Shown: positions 38,463 through 48,119, numbered from the stretch's first letter. The stretch: DNA of 51,450 nucleotides from an uncultured virus (IMG/VR IMGVR_UViG_2061766007_000510) (IMGVR_UViG_2061766007_000510); one strand, 5' to 3'. A program made the numbers and translations. The notes: generated by a model from the sequence alone, not told the origin.

Positions 38463-38804
38463 CTACCCGGCGAACTTCCCGACCAGTGCCATCGCGGATA
38501 TGTCGACGGCCACGTAGTCTATGCGGGAGACCTTCCCGAGTGCGGCGAGCACGGCCTCGACGACCTTGGACCCGCTACGGAATGCGGGTTTGCCGCCAAT
38601 CCCGTCGGTTAAGTATACGATGGACTTCGTGACCTGGCTGCCGTGATGGACGATAGTGAGGAACGCCCCGTGCAGCTGGTCCGGCGTGTTCACGTTCATG
38701 ATATTCACGATGCGGGCGGAAATCTCGTACGCAAGCGCCAGTTTCTTCCCGGGATTTTCCGGGAGGTCCGGGAGAGTGACCCTGTTCTCGTTAAAAAGTT
38801 CCAT
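38463..38804 (-). CDS. hypothetical protein
   Basis: MELFNENRV...; between two identical repeats. Confidence 0.7.
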   Translation of the reverse strand: MELFNENRVTLPDLPENPGKKLALAYEISARIVNIMNVNTPDQLHGAFLTIVHHGSQVTKSIVYLTDGIGGKPAFRSGSKVVEAVLAALGKVSRIDYVAVDISAMALVGKFAG

Positions 38805-38936
38805 TGCGGTCTCCTTTGTCTGGTGCATGTATACGCCACCGGGGCATGCCGGCTTGCCCCCCGTCCTCACCCGGTGGATGGCGCGGGAGCTCCCGGGAGG
38901 TACCAGGGGACTCTCGGGGGATTTGCCGGGGATACG

Positions 38937-38970
38937 AAAAGGGGCCCCCCGGCAGAAACCGGGAGGCCCC
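38937..38970 (-). terminator. intrinsic terminator
   Basis: GGGGCCTCCCGG-TTTCTG-CCGGGGGGCCCC-TTTT on the - strand. Confidence 0.7.
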
Positions 38971-38988
38971 ATGAGGAGACAACAAAAA

Positions 38989-40062
38989 TTAAATTTTTTT
39001 CTTGATTTCGGTGACTTCGTCCTGGAGGGAGGCGATGAGGTGTTCTACCTTGTCGAGGCGTTCCTCGAGGGACTTCCTGGGGATTTCCTGGTCGCGCTCG
39101 TAGGCGTCCTCCCGGGTAATGGGTCTGGGGAACCCGGGGAAGTGCCCGGTATCGTCCACGGAGTCTATTTTTTCCTGGAGGGTGTCGACGGTGACGTAGG
39201 CGCAGTCAATGTTCTCCTGGTACTTGTTGGTGGCATAGAGGCAGAGGGTGTTATTGCCGTCCTCCATGCAGAAGTCGACATGAAATTTTTTCCCCTTGTA
39301 TTGGAACCATACCTCTACCCATTTGACGGCTGCGATGTCGTCGCTGGCCTCGACACCAAGGAGGGTGGCTTCCTTGAGCCAGGACTGCAAGAAGAGGTTG
39401 GCGATGCCCTTGAGCTTCCTCTCGGTATTCGTCGGGAGTGCCTTCGCGAAGTCGATGTCCTTCATGGCGGCGAACATGGCCGTCTCCGGGGTGACTCCTT
39501 TGACGTGGAGGTCGAAGGCCTGCTTTACGTCGGCTGTATCATCGTATATGTCGAAGGCGGAGAGTGTGGACTTGGAGTCGATGAATACCATGATGCAGGA
39601 ATCGGGCCCGTTCCAGTCGAGCTGGGCGATGAACTGCGTGCCGTTGTACTTGATGGAGATGTCGGTTTCGGCATCTGCCTTCTTGACGGTTGCATCCGGG
39701 AGGACCTGGGTGAGGTAATCGACGGCGAGCTCCCGGGCCTTTATGTATGGTGTGTTCTCGTCACAGAGGCTTGCCCAGAATTCATCCCAGAGTGCCTCGC
39801 GTTCGGCCTCGGGTGCGTGCAGGTCCTTGACGAGCTTGGAGATGCCCGCGAAGGCTTGCTCGGAGTAGGAGTTGAACACGACGTAGTTGCCCACCTGGAA
39901 GGCACCGGTGTGCCCTTCCTGGACACGGCCCTTGGCGTTGACCCACTGGCTTTCGTTGATTGCGTGGGCTGCCGCCTTGGCGAGGCCGTTGTTGTGGAAC
40001 TCGAAGATGCCGGCGAAGTCGGCGTGGGAGTGTTCATGCTCTGCTAGGGTGATGAATTTCAT
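38989..40062 (-). CDS. hypothetical protein
   Basis: 357 aa; AAGGAG RBS after repeat. Confidence 0.8.
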   Translation of the reverse strand: MKFITLAEHEHSHADFAGIFEFHNNGLAKAAAHAINESQWVNAKGRVQEGHTGAFQVGNYVVFNSYSEQAFAGISKLVKDLHAPEAEREALWDEFWASLCDENTPYIKARELAVDYLTQVLPDATVKKADAETDISIKYNGTQFIAQLDWNGPDSCIMVFIDSKSTLSAFDIYDDTADVKQAFDLHVKGVTPETAMFAAMKDIDFAKALPTNTERKLKGIANLFLQSWLKEATLLGVEASDDIAAVKWVEVWFQYKGKKFHVDFCMEDGNNTLCLYATNKYQENIDCAYVTVDTLQEKIDSVDDTGHFPGFPRPITREDAYERDQEIPRKSLEERLDKVEHLIASLQDEVTEIKKKI

Positions 40063-40087
40063 GGTTGTGTCTCCTTTGATGTTCTGC

Positions 40088-40384
40088 CTATCCTCTACCG
40101 GTGCATCCCGGCTTGCCCCCCGTCCTTACCCGGTGGGTGCCCAAGTCGAGCGCGTCGAGGATTGCCAGTATCTGCTGGTGGGTGTCCTCGGAGTAGACTC
40201 GGTAGGAGATGTACTCGCCAATGCGGATAACCGCCTGGACGTAGAGTTCATCCTCGGTGGTGAGCCCGTCGATGCCATGTAGGGCCTCGAGGGCGAGTTT
40301 GGCCATCTCCACGTCGGGGCACTTGATGAGTGCCGAGATGGATGTCGTGGTCTGCCTGTCGAGTTTTGTAATCTTGTACTTCAT
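40088..40384 (-). CDS. hypothetical protein (reads through a repeat)
   Basis: 98 aa; AGGAGG RBS. Confidence 0.65.
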   Translation of the reverse strand: MKYKITKLDRQTTTSISALIKCPDVEMAKLALEALHGIDGLTTEDELYVQAVIRIGEYISYRVYSEDTHQQILAILDALDLGTHRVRTGGKPGCTGRG

Positions 40385-40394
40385 GATTTGCCTC

Positions 40395-41312
40395 CTAGTA
40401 ATGTGCAGCTTCCTTCCTGGTGCGGAAGAAGTGGATGCCGGGTGCGCACTCGATGTTCCTCTCGAGGCAGAAGTCCTTGACTTTCAAAATTTTTCCCTTG
40501 CTGTACGTGAACGTGTGGTCGTAGCACGAGTGCAGTACCTTGTGGCCGCCCATGTCTACGACCTTGGCGGTGTTCGTGCGGCACTTGTCGCCGTTGATGG
40601 AGAAGACGATAGCGCCCTTGGGGATTTCCAGCTTGATAACCACTCCCTCGGATGTCTTCTTGTAGCCTACCGTCCTCTTGTCGATGATGACTCCCTTGCG
40701 CCATGCTTCCTTCTTGTCGAAGATGGTATTGTGGAGATTGGCTTCCTCCATGCGGGTATTTTTGAAGATTGCGCCGGTGAAGTTGGCCCCGGTGAGGTTT
40801 GCTTCGGAGAAGTCCGTTTCGGTGAGGTTCGCTCCGGAGAAGTCCGCGTTGGTCAGGTCCGCCCCGTAGAAGGATGTGTTCTCGAGGTTGGCCTTGGTGA
40901 ACTTTGCCCCGGTGAAGTCGCCCCTGCAACAGTTGACCCCTCCCATGTCAGCATCGGTGAAGTTGCCGTACATGCAGAAAGCGCGGTGCAGTGTAGCTGA
41001 GCGCAGGTCGGCTTTGACCAGTGTGGAAAAATTCAGGTAAGCCCCGGCAATATTGGCCCGGTACAGGTATGCGCCGTTGAAGTTGGCGCCTTTTATTGTG
41101 GCCCCTTCCAGGTCGAGCGAGAGAAAGTGGCCCTCGGAGAAGTCCGGCTCGAAGAGGGTAGCGTGGGCGAACTTGGCAAAGTCGAGATTTGCACCCTTGA
41201 GTACCAGACCGTCCTCGACAGTGTCTTCCAGTTTGAAACATTCGCCCCCCTTCTTGCAGTTGAGGTAGAGCTGGTGTTTATTGAGCATCTTTGCGAGCAA
41301 TTTCTTGTTCAT
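40395..41312 (-). CDS. pentapeptide-repeat protein with DUF5758-like C-terminus
   Basis: Many A(N/D)(L/F)xx repeats; GYKK...KLEIP...KCR...ECAPGIHFF. Confidence 0.9.
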   Translation of the reverse strand: MNKKLLAKMLNKHQLYLNCKKGGECFKLEDTVEDGLVLKGANLDFAKFAHATLFEPDFSEGHFLSLDLEGATIKGANFNGAYLYRANIAGAYLNFSTLVKADLRSATLHRAFCMYGNFTDADMGGVNCCRGDFTGAKFTKANLENTSFYGADLTNADFSGANLTETDFSEANLTGANFTGAIFKNTRMEEANLHNTIFDKKEAWRKGVIIDKRTVGYKKTSEGVVIKLEIPKGAIVFSINGDKCRTNTAKVVDMGGHKVLHSCYDHTFTYSKGKILKVKDFCLERNIECAPGIHFFRTRKEAAHY

Positions 41313-41391
41313 GTTGTCTCCTTTGTTGTCATGCCTATACGCCACCGGGGCGCACCGGCTTGCCCCCCGTCCGTACCCGGTGGATGCTATA

Positions 41392-41571
41392 TTAGGCATC
41401 CTTTGCGGAGAATGTCCGCTTGGCTAGGTGGGGTTTCCCATCGTCGCCGATTACCGGGTAGACCACCTGTTTCCCCCCGGTGACGAACTTGGTGAAGATG
41501 TCTGCCTTCGAGTATCCCTGCTCGACGAGGGATGCGATGAAGGCGTTTGCGGTTTCGGTATACTGTGCCAT
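41392..41571 (-). CDS. 59-aa hypothetical protein (below ORF-track cutoff)
   Basis: Hand-translated MAQYTETANAFIASLVEQG...; AGGAG RBS. Confidence 0.6.
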   Translation of the reverse strand: MAQYTETANAFIASLVEQGYSKADIFTKFVTGGKQVVYPVIGDDGKPHLAKRTFSAKDA

Positions 41572-41586
41572 GATGTCTCCTGTGGG

Positions 41587-41754
41587 TTAATCGTCTTCTT
41601 CGTCTTCTTCGTCGTCTTCTACCGGTTCATCCTGGTCGTATACGGAGTCGTAACCGCACTCGGGGCATTCCCAGCCTTCGACCAGCTGGTGTTCGATGTG
41701 CGGGTCGTCGGTAATCATCCGGCGGAGTTTCGTATCGCAGTGTGGACATCTCAT
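41587..41754 (-). CDS. 55-aa zinc-ribbon protein with acidic tail (below ORF-track cutoff)
   Basis: MRCPHCD...WECPECGY...EDDEEDEEDD; AAGGAGG RBS after repeat. Confidence 0.7.
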   Translation of the reverse strand: MRCPHCDTKLRRMITDDPHIEHQLVEGWECPECGYDSVYDQDEPVEDDEEDEEDD

Positions 41755-41829
41755 AGGTTGCCTCCTTGTTGTAGTACACTTATCAGCTACCGGGGTGCAC
41801 CGGCTTGCCCCCCGTCCGTACCCGGTGGA

Positions 41830-42174
41830 TTAACCGGACTGTCTTGCCGCAAAGCGCTTTGCGACGAGTTCGGTCCATTCCTTCGTGTATATCCTCTTTG
41901 CTTCAAGGAAAGTAAGCAAGCGAGCCTTGCCATTGAACCAGTTGGTTGCCACCTTCTTTGCGCAGTCCTCCTTTGGTAGGCCGAGGGCTTCCGCCGTGAT
42001 AATGCCCAGTTCATAGTTCCGGAAGCAGAGGGTCTTGCCCTTGGTTTCCACCTCAATGAGGCTGCCCCACCCATCTTCCAGTTGGAAAGCCATTTCTTCC
42101 GCTTCCGCCTCGGTGGGAAAATCAACCTCGTAATGCCTGCTGAGGCACACGGGAGTAAATTCTTCATCTTCCAT
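41830..42174 (-). CDS. hypothetical protein
   Basis: MEDEEFTP...; AAGGAG RBS; stop 1 nt from a repeat. Confidence 0.7.
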   Translation of the reverse strand: MEDEEFTPVCLSRHYEVDFPTEAEAEEMAFQLEDGWGSLIEVETKGKTLCFRNYELGIITAEALGLPKEDCAKKVATNWFNGKARLLTFLEAKRIYTKEWTELVAKRFAARQSG

Positions 42175-42254
42175 GTCGGTCTCCTTGTTATATAATACGG
42201 GTATGCCCCCGGTAGTTTCCGGGAGCATCCACCGGCGGCACCCGGTGGGCCAGG

Positions 42255-42773
42255 TTAGTTCTGCCTCGCGAATGTACGGACCGCCTTGAACATGGCGACT
42301 ACGGCTTCCTTCTCGGCTACGGTGAGGCCGTTCCAAAATGCCTCCGCTTCGGTACCCTGTGTAAACGACGCGATGTCGTAGTCCTTCACGAACGGGTTGA
42401 TGAAGGTATCGAGAAGCATCTTCTCGGTCGGGTTCATGAAGGAGTATACCGCCGCGTTCTTCCCGAAATAGTCAGCCGTCCGTTTCTGGTAGGCACCCAC
42501 CTCGGGCATGCCCGGGATGGCATACTGGGTAGTGCAGTTGAACGACTTGCCGTCGGTTTCACGGGAAATCACGCAGTTTTCGCGTGCTTCCGCAGGCATG
42601 CCGTCGTATCCCGCGAGCTTGGGGTTGTAGTGAAGCACATACTTCACGCCGTTTACCGTGAACCAACATTCTATGTCCCCGTGCGAGCGAACGTGGCACT
42701 TGCGCACGGAGTCCGGGTTGGGCGGGAAAATCTTTGTAATCTTGATGACGGGTTTCTTGGTCTGCTTTGCCAT
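42255..42773 (-). CDS. hypothetical protein
   Basis: MAKQTKKP...; AAGGAG RBS after repeat. Confidence 0.75.
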   Translation of the reverse strand: MAKQTKKPVIKITKIFPPNPDSVRKCHVRSHGDIECWFTVNGVKYVLHYNPKLAGYDGMPAEARENCVISRETDGKSFNCTTQYAIPGMPEVGAYQKRTADYFGKNAAVYSFMNPTEKMLLDTFINPFVKDYDIASFTQGTEAEAFWNGLTVAEKEAVVAMFKAVRTFARQN

Positions 42774-42858
42774 TGTTGTGTCTCCTTTTGTTAAATTTTT
42801 TATCTGCCACCGGGGCGCACCGGAGTGCCCCCCGTCCTTACCCGGTGGGCTACCGGGT

Positions 42859-43188
42859 CTATGCCGCGAAACATGCGGTGGCTGCCTCGGTTGCCGACAG
42901 GACGAAGACCTGGTCGCTCTCGGAGTTGCGAAGGTAGACGGTACCGTCCTGGCAGACGTATTCCACCTCGCAGGTCTCCCCGTCGCAGCATACCGGGCCG
43001 TCGCAGTTCCGGTCGCTGCCGTCTGCATACAGGTCGAACCAGTCGCTGCCGGAGTCGTCCTCCGTATGCACCAGTAGGTCGCCGCATCTTGTACGGCGTC
43101 CGTTGACGCTTTCCTTGAGTATGTCCCACAGGATTGCCAGGGATACACCCACGCGTTCGCCTTCTGTAAAAAATTTTTTAGTTGCCAT
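42859..43188 (-). CDS. Cys/acidic hypothetical protein, paralog of 31915-32244
   Basis: 109 aa; single-ORF unit between two repeats. Confidence 0.8.
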   Translation of the reverse strand: MATKKFFTEGERVGVSLAILWDILKESVNGRRTRCGDLLVHTEDDSGSDWFDLYADGSDRNCDGPVCCDGETCEVEYVCQDGTVYLRNSESDQVFVLSATEAATACFAA

Positions 43189-43266
43189 GCTGCTGTCTCC
43201 TTTTGTTGATTTCTCTATACGCCACCGGGGGGCACCGGCGTGCCCCCCGTCCTTACCCGGTGGATG

Positions 43267-43539
43267 CTAGTAGAGTTCCAGGGTCTCGATGTGGAACACT
43301 TCGGTCCCTGCATCCCCGTCCTCGTTCCATGCGAGGGTAATCCAGGTTGCACCGGAGTTGACGGCCTCGGCCACCGCAGCTACGCTGGCAGGCTCCGGGG
43401 AGTCTCCGAAGGTAGCTCCGGGGTGGAGGCAGATGATGGTGGCGACCTCGTCGCAGAGGGCCTGGAGGACGTTGCCCTCCAGTTCATCGTCGGCGGCCAT
43501 GATTGAGTTTTCGTGAATAAGCAAAAATTTTTTATTCAT
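43267..43539 (-). CDS. small acidic protein
   Basis: 90 aa; stop 3 nt from a repeat. Confidence 0.7.
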   Translation of the reverse strand: MNKKFLLIHENSIMAADDELEGNVLQALCDEVATIICLHPGATFGDSPEPASVAAVAEAVNSGATWITLAWNEDGDAGTEVFHIETLELY

Positions 43540-43540
43540 A

Positions 43541-43747
43541 TCAGTCGTCCGTCGAGATGTTGATGGTTACAATGTCGGAGCCCTTCTTGATGCAGTCGAT
43601 GGAGCATACCTCGTGATAGAGGATGTTTGTGTCGGTGAGTTCGTCACCGGGGCCACGATAGATTTCCTTGCTCTGGTCGAGGTCGTAGATGGCAAATTGC
43701 TGCAATCCGGAGTCACAGAAGGTGTCGATGAGTTCTTCTACGGTCAT
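43541..43747 (-). CDS. small acidic protein
   Basis: 68 aa; AGGAGG RBS. Confidence 0.7.
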   Translation of the reverse strand: MTVEELIDTFCDSGLQQFAIYDLDQSKEIYRGPGDELTDTNILYHEVCSIDCIKKGSDIVTINISTDD

Positions 43748-43756
43748 GATGTCCTC

Positions 43757-44032
43757 CTACACTTCGATGGTGCTTGCGGTGATTTCCCACTTGACCCAGC
43801 CGTCCCAGCGGTCGTCCGGGGACTCGATGCCCTGGCGCTTGGCGATGCTCTTCCACTCGTCCTTCGGGAGGGCGGTCTCTTCCGCGTCGTTCTGTTCGGC
43901 CATGGTGTTGTAGTCCTTGACGATGAACTTCGCAGCCTTCTCGATGGTCGGGAAAGCCTTGGCGAAGGTGATGAGTTCGCCGGAGTTTTCGTAGAACTGC
44001 GCGGTGTGTACGATGTAGATTTTCTTCTTCAT
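43757..44032 (-). CDS. hypothetical protein
   Basis: 91 aa after repeat and RBS. Confidence 0.7.
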   Translation of the reverse strand: MKKKIYIVHTAQFYENSGELITFAKAFPTIEKAAKFIVKDYNTMAEQNDAEETALPKDEWKSIAKRQGIESPDDRWDGWVKWEITASTIEV

Positions 44033-44165
44033 GGTGTGTCTCCTTGTTGATGTTTGTTGATTACCGTATCAGCCACCGGGGCATCCCGGCTTGCCCCCCG
44101 TCCTTACCCGGTGGATTACCCGTGGTAGCCCCCGATACGTCCCGGCCTGCGTTCGTCCCTTGCCA

Positions 44166-44342
44166 TTACTGTACCTCCTCTACGGAGTTGGTTTCCACCC
44201 ATGCGAGGTCGAGGTCTTCCTTTGCCTCGTCGTCGTACAGTTCGTAGCCGCCGTAGATTTCCTCGGCTTCCTCCGGGGAACTGGCCCATACGAACGCCTC
44301 CGAGCGGAAAGTAATTCTGTAGCGTTTCTTTTCCATTGGCAT
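44166..44342 (-). CDS. small very acidic protein
   Basis: MPMEKKRYRITF...ASSPEEAEEI. Confidence 0.7.
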   Translation of the reverse strand: MPMEKKRYRITFRSEAFVWASSPEEAEEIYGGYELYDDEAKEDLDLAWVETNSVEEVQ

Positions 44343-44435
44343 AGTTGTGTCTCCTTGTTGATGTTTGTTGATTATCGTATCAGCCACCGGTGCATCCCGG
44401 CGTGCCCCCCGTCCGTACCCGGTGGATTGCCGGGG

Positions 44436-44762
44436 TCAGCCCTCGGCTTCCACGGTGACGATGAAGGCGTTTCCTTCGTGGTCGCACAGTTGCCATTCGC
44501 CGAGGAACTCGTCCTCCACGTCGGTATGCGATACCTCGGAGTAGGTGCCGTCCGCGTTGCGCTTGAACAGCACGGCCTCCGTCCAGCAGGGCTCCTCGTC
44601 ACCGCAACCGACGATTTTCACGTCCACCAGGTACAGGTCGTCGAGGAACGACGCGGTTTCCGCTTCCGAGGCCATGTCGTCCATGAGTCCGGGTTCGGAA
44701 AGCGCACGCTTGATGAAGTCGGCGCGTTCCTTGGAAATTTTTATTGTCTTGTAGTAGTCCAT
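44436..44762 (-). CDS. acidic hypothetical protein
   Basis: MDYYKTIKIS...WTEAVLF; GGAGG RBS. Confidence 0.7.
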   Translation of the reverse strand: MDYYKTIKISKERADFIKRALSEPGLMDDMASEAETASFLDDLYLVDVKIVGCGDEEPCWTEAVLFKRNADGTYSEVSHTDVEDEFLGEWQLCDHEGNAFIVTVEAEG

Positions 44763-44773
44763 AGTTGCCTCCC

Positions 44774-45007
44774 TTATTTGGCCTTCTCGATGTCGATGGA
44801 ATATCCACATCCCTCGTCGATGTAGAAACTCATGTCCTTGTTGCTGTCGAGTTCAAAGCACCAGTCCTGTACTGCGTACTTGTCAATGGTGTCGTTGTCG
44901 TACAGTTCGATGCAGATTTCGCGTACCTTGTCGTTGCGTGCCTTGAAAGCCTCGTTAATTGTGCGGTGGGTAGATACGATGTTTCCGTCTACTTTGAGAT
45001 TGTACAT
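44774..45007 (-). CDS. hypothetical protein
   Basis: 77 aa after repeat and AGGAGG. Confidence 0.7.
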   Translation of the reverse strand: MYNLKVDGNIVSTHRTINEAFKARNDKVREICIELYDNDTIDKYAVQDWCFELDSNKDMSFYIDEGCGYSIDIEKAK

Positions 45008-45080
45008 GTTGCCTCCTGGTTGCAGAAAAAATATCCGAGACCGGGGTGCACCGGCGTGCCCCCCGTCCGTGCCCGGTGGG

Positions 45081-45518
45081 CTACCAGCGTACCCCGTTGT
45101 AGTGGAAGCCGTCGTCGTCGGTGTGGATGTTGTGGACGATGGTCGCCTGCTTCATGCGTGCCACCTGCCCGTCGTAGATGGCCCTGGTCTCCTCCTTGGA
45201 GAGGGCGCGGGCGTCCCGCTGTTCCTCGGTTCCGAGGAACTTGGGGTCGCGGTCTGGCGCGGATGAGGTGAGCGGGCGCGGGTAGTTGTACTCGCGCTCG
45301 AAGCGTCCCCAGTCCATGAGGTCGTTGTAGCAGTAGAGGCAGTTCACCATACGCATCGCGCGCAGTGCGGCAATCCTATGGGTCTCCTGCGGGGTCTGGA
45401 GGTAGAAGTAGGGGTAGTCTGCATCCGGGTTGCGGGCCAGGACAGCAGCGTCGATGTCCTCTATTTCCTTTTCGATTTCCGGGTCGGACAGACCCACCTT
45501 TCCGAGTTCAAGTGCCAT
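45081..45518 (-). CDS. hypothetical protein
   Basis: 145 aa single-ORF unit; stop 1 nt from a repeat. Confidence 0.75.
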   Translation of the reverse strand: MALELGKVGLSDPEIEKEIEDIDAAVLARNPDADYPYFYLQTPQETHRIAALRAMRMVNCLYCYNDLMDWGRFEREYNYPRPLTSSAPDRDPKFLGTEEQRDARALSKEETRAIYDGQVARMKQATIVHNIHTDDDGFHYNGVRW

Positions 45519-45775
45519 GATGTTATCTCCTTTGTCTGGTGGATGTATCTGCTACCGGGGCATCCCGGCATGCCCCCCGTCCTCACCCGGTGGATAGCGG
45601 CATGTCGCCCGCCAGGCGACGCCGGTACCTCCTGCTGTCAGCCAGTTGAGAAACATAAGTAGCCCCCCGGGATATTCCGGGAGGCTACTGGGAGAGGCTT
45701 TGCCCACACAAGATTATCCTTGTGCATTTTTCGCTACAGAATGAACGGGGGTTAGCCTTGGAGACAACAAAGTTA

Positions 45776-46933
45776 TTAGAGTTTCCTACCGCACTCGGGG
45801 CAGAACTTCCACTCGGCGCAGCCGGCATAGAGGCCGGAGTCGTAGACGTTGACCTCGCAGGTACGTCCGTCGCGCTGGAAGTGGAGGGTTTCCGAGCCGA
45901 AGGTTACCTCCTTGCCGGAGCAGAGGGGGCATTCCGGTTCCTTACCGGAGGCTTCCGGGGGAACGATGTACTCATTGAGGTTCTTCTCGAGCTCTTCGTA
46001 GGTGTAGCCACCCCCGGTGAGCCCCGGAGAGGAAAAGGAAAATTCTTTGCCCTTGCATCGGATGGTCAGCGGGCATTCCTGGTAGGTACCATTCCATTCA
46101 ATCGTGCCGTCCGCTTTGAGGTTGACGGACTTCTCGGTAAATTCCGGGAGCCTGTCCTTGTACTTTCGCTCGATGAAGTAGTGAAATGTAAAATAAAAAT
46201 TTACAATTTCCTGGCGGGCATTGTACGGGTCCTTGATTGCGAGCTCGTCGGACTCGTCTTCTTTCGGCCAGATGAACATGAAATGTTCCCATTCCTTGTC
46301 GGTGCAGCGCCACATGGTCTTGAAGCGGCAGACGAACATGGTTCCGCCGAGTACGAACGGGATGTCCACGTTGATTGCCTGACCCCCGTCATGGAATGAC
46401 GATACACAGAGAGGGTCGAACTTGGCATCGGGGAGGCAGCGGTTGAACGCGGTAATCGCCAGTTGCTCCCGGTAGGCTACCGGGGTGAGACTGTCGAAGA
46501 GTTCCTTCACCGGGTCGTCCGCCTCGGGGTCGTTGGTATATACCACTTCGACGTTCCTGCGGTCGTACCCGTTCTTCTCGAGGAGGTTGAGGAGGTGCAG
46601 GGCGATTGTCTGTTCGTCCGGGGAGGGCATTTCGGCGGTACCGGAGAGTACGTTGGCGAGCGCCACGATGGTGTTGGCGGACTTGGAGTAGGCGACGTAG
46701 GCGCTCATGCCGGTGTCGGGGTTGACGACTACGCTGTTGCTGCGCCTGGACTTGTACCATTCGATAGGCGCGTCGAAGCGGTCCGCGTATTCCTCGGAGG
46801 GCATGGCGAAGGCCAGGTCTCCGTACTGGGCGGGAACCAGGTCGAGGTTTTCGAGGTATTCCACCACCCCGCAGATGTCCGGGTGGTTCTTGATTGCGAC
46901 GATGGAAAGGGTGAGTTTGCCAGTGTTCTTCAT
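45776..46933 (-). CDS. hypothetical protein with C-terminal zinc ribbon
   Basis: 385 aa; CPLC...FCPECGRKL. Confidence 0.75.
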   Translation of the reverse strand: MKNTGKLTLSIVAIKNHPDICGVVEYLENLDLVPAQYGDLAFAMPSEEYADRFDAPIEWYKSRRSNSVVVNPDTGMSAYVAYSKSANTIVALANVLSGTAEMPSPDEQTIALHLLNLLEKNGYDRRNVEVVYTNDPEADDPVKELFDSLTPVAYREQLAITAFNRCLPDAKFDPLCVSSFHDGGQAINVDIPFVLGGTMFVCRFKTMWRCTDKEWEHFMFIWPKEDESDELAIKDPYNARQEIVNFYFTFHYFIERKYKDRLPEFTEKSVNLKADGTIEWNGTYQECPLTIRCKGKEFSFSSPGLTGGGYTYEELEKNLNEYIVPPEASGKEPECPLCSGKEVTFGSETLHFQRDGRTCEVNVYDSGLYAGCAEWKFCPECGRKL

Positions 46934-47060
46934 GTTGTCTCCTTTGCTGCTTAACGTATCTGCTACCGGGGCATCCCGGCTTGCCCCCCGTCCTTACCCG
47001 GTGGGTAAAGTGGAGCCTCCCGGCAGGTACCGGGAGGCCACTGGAGGCAACAAAAAATTA

Positions 47061-47083
47061 GGCTATGTCCACCCAAAGTGTTG
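47061..47083 (+). repeat. orphan copy of the IS1595-like element end
   Basis: GGCTATGTCCACCCAAAGTGTTG, identical to the reverse complement of 5405-5427. Confidence 0.8.
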
Positions 47084-47085
47084 AA

Positions 47086-47340
47086 TTAACCTCTTATTTC
47101 AACGATTTTCAACGCGAGGATTTCGCCGGAGGAGGTTTCATACCGGTAACCTTCGGAGCAGTCCTCCGGTAAAACTGGTTCGTCCTCATCATCGCATACG
47201 GCTATCGTTTCGTTGACGATGGTGCTGACCTCTTTCGCGGCCTTTTCGCGGCTGGTGAAAACGTCCGGCACCTCTACAATTTCGGTACCGTCAGAGAACT
47301 GATGGTAGCCGCTGATGATGAATTTGCTCTTGCAGGCCAT
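47086..47340 (-). CDS. acidic hypothetical protein
   Basis: MACKSKFII...; GGAGG RBS. Confidence 0.7.
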   Translation of the reverse strand: MACKSKFIISGYHQFSDGTEIVEVPDVFTSREKAAKEVSTIVNETIAVCDDEDEPVLPEDCSEGYRYETSSGEILALKIVEIRG

Positions 47341-47359
47341 AGGGTCCTCCATTTAAAAA

Positions 47360-48046
47360 TTATTCGTTGGATATTGCGTACTGGTACTTTTCCAGAACGC
47401 AGTTTTCTATGTGTTCGCGGAGCTGGCGGGTAATCGGGAAGAACTGGGTACGCAGGTCTTCCTCCTTGGCGTTGACTACCGGGTAGGCCACGAACAGCCC
47501 GTTCACGCCGTCCACGATGCGGAGGTCGCGGAGAATAAGCTGGTCGTTCAGCACGACAGATGCGAGACCGACCGTGTGCTTGGCGTTCGGCTTGATGAAG
47601 GGGAACACCTGAACCTGGGTGACGGCCAGGCAGTCGAAGGCGTCGGTCTTCTCGGTTTCTACCGGTTGCTGCCGGGAGGCGCCGGTGAGCTTGTAGAGGA
47701 GGTCTTTCATTTCTCCCTTCATGTACTCCTTGTCCTCGATGAGCTCCTTGAGGTCGGGAGCGCCGTTCTTGCCGTGTCCCTCGGAGTCCACCCAGGGCAT
47801 GGCCTCGGCTACGGGGTCGTAGGAGTCGATGTAGTCCTGGAGCTCGCCGGCGATTTCCTTGACGGTGGGCTTCCCGGAGATTACGAGGGAGGCGATGAAG
47901 TCTTCGCCTGCTGGCGAGGCTGTCTCGAACTCGACGACGGTTTCTGCGCGGTCTCCATTCTGGCTGACGCTCGCGCTCCATTCGGAGTCCTTGATGATTT
48001 CCTCCAGTTTCTCTTGGGTCTTTTCGTAGTAAGATTTACGTGCCAT
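47360..48046 (-). CDS. SpoVG-domain fusion protein
   Basis: C-terminal VTQVQVFP...LASVVLNDQLILRDLRIVDGVNGLFVAYP...FPITRQLREHIENCVLEKY; extra ~125-aa acidic N-terminal domain. Confidence 0.85.
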   Translation of the reverse strand: MARKSYYEKTQEKLEEIIKDSEWSASVSQNGDRAETVVEFETASPAGEDFIASLVISGKPTVKEIAGELQDYIDSYDPVAEAMPWVDSEGHGKNGAPDLKELIEDKEYMKGEMKDLLYKLTGASRQQPVETEKTDAFDCLAVTQVQVFPFIKPNAKHTVGLASVVLNDQLILRDLRIVDGVNGLFVAYPVVNAKEEDLRTQFFPITRQLREHIENCVLEKYQYAISNE

Positions 48047-48119
48047 GTTGTTGTCTCCTGTTGATTACCGTATCTGCCACCGGGGCATCCCGGCTTGCCC
48101 CCCGTCCGTACCCGGTGGG

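Noticed and set aside
28370..40047. Long + strand ORFs opposite array genes (e.g. 28370-29644, 38656-40047)
   Set aside because: Antisense shadows of GC-rich coding genes; no RBS or recognisable motifs.
42191..42250. Possible 29th element copy before ORF 41830-42174
   Set aside because: Has phased CCGG and ends in CCCGGTGG but lacks the CCCCCCGTCC core; at best degenerate, so not counted.
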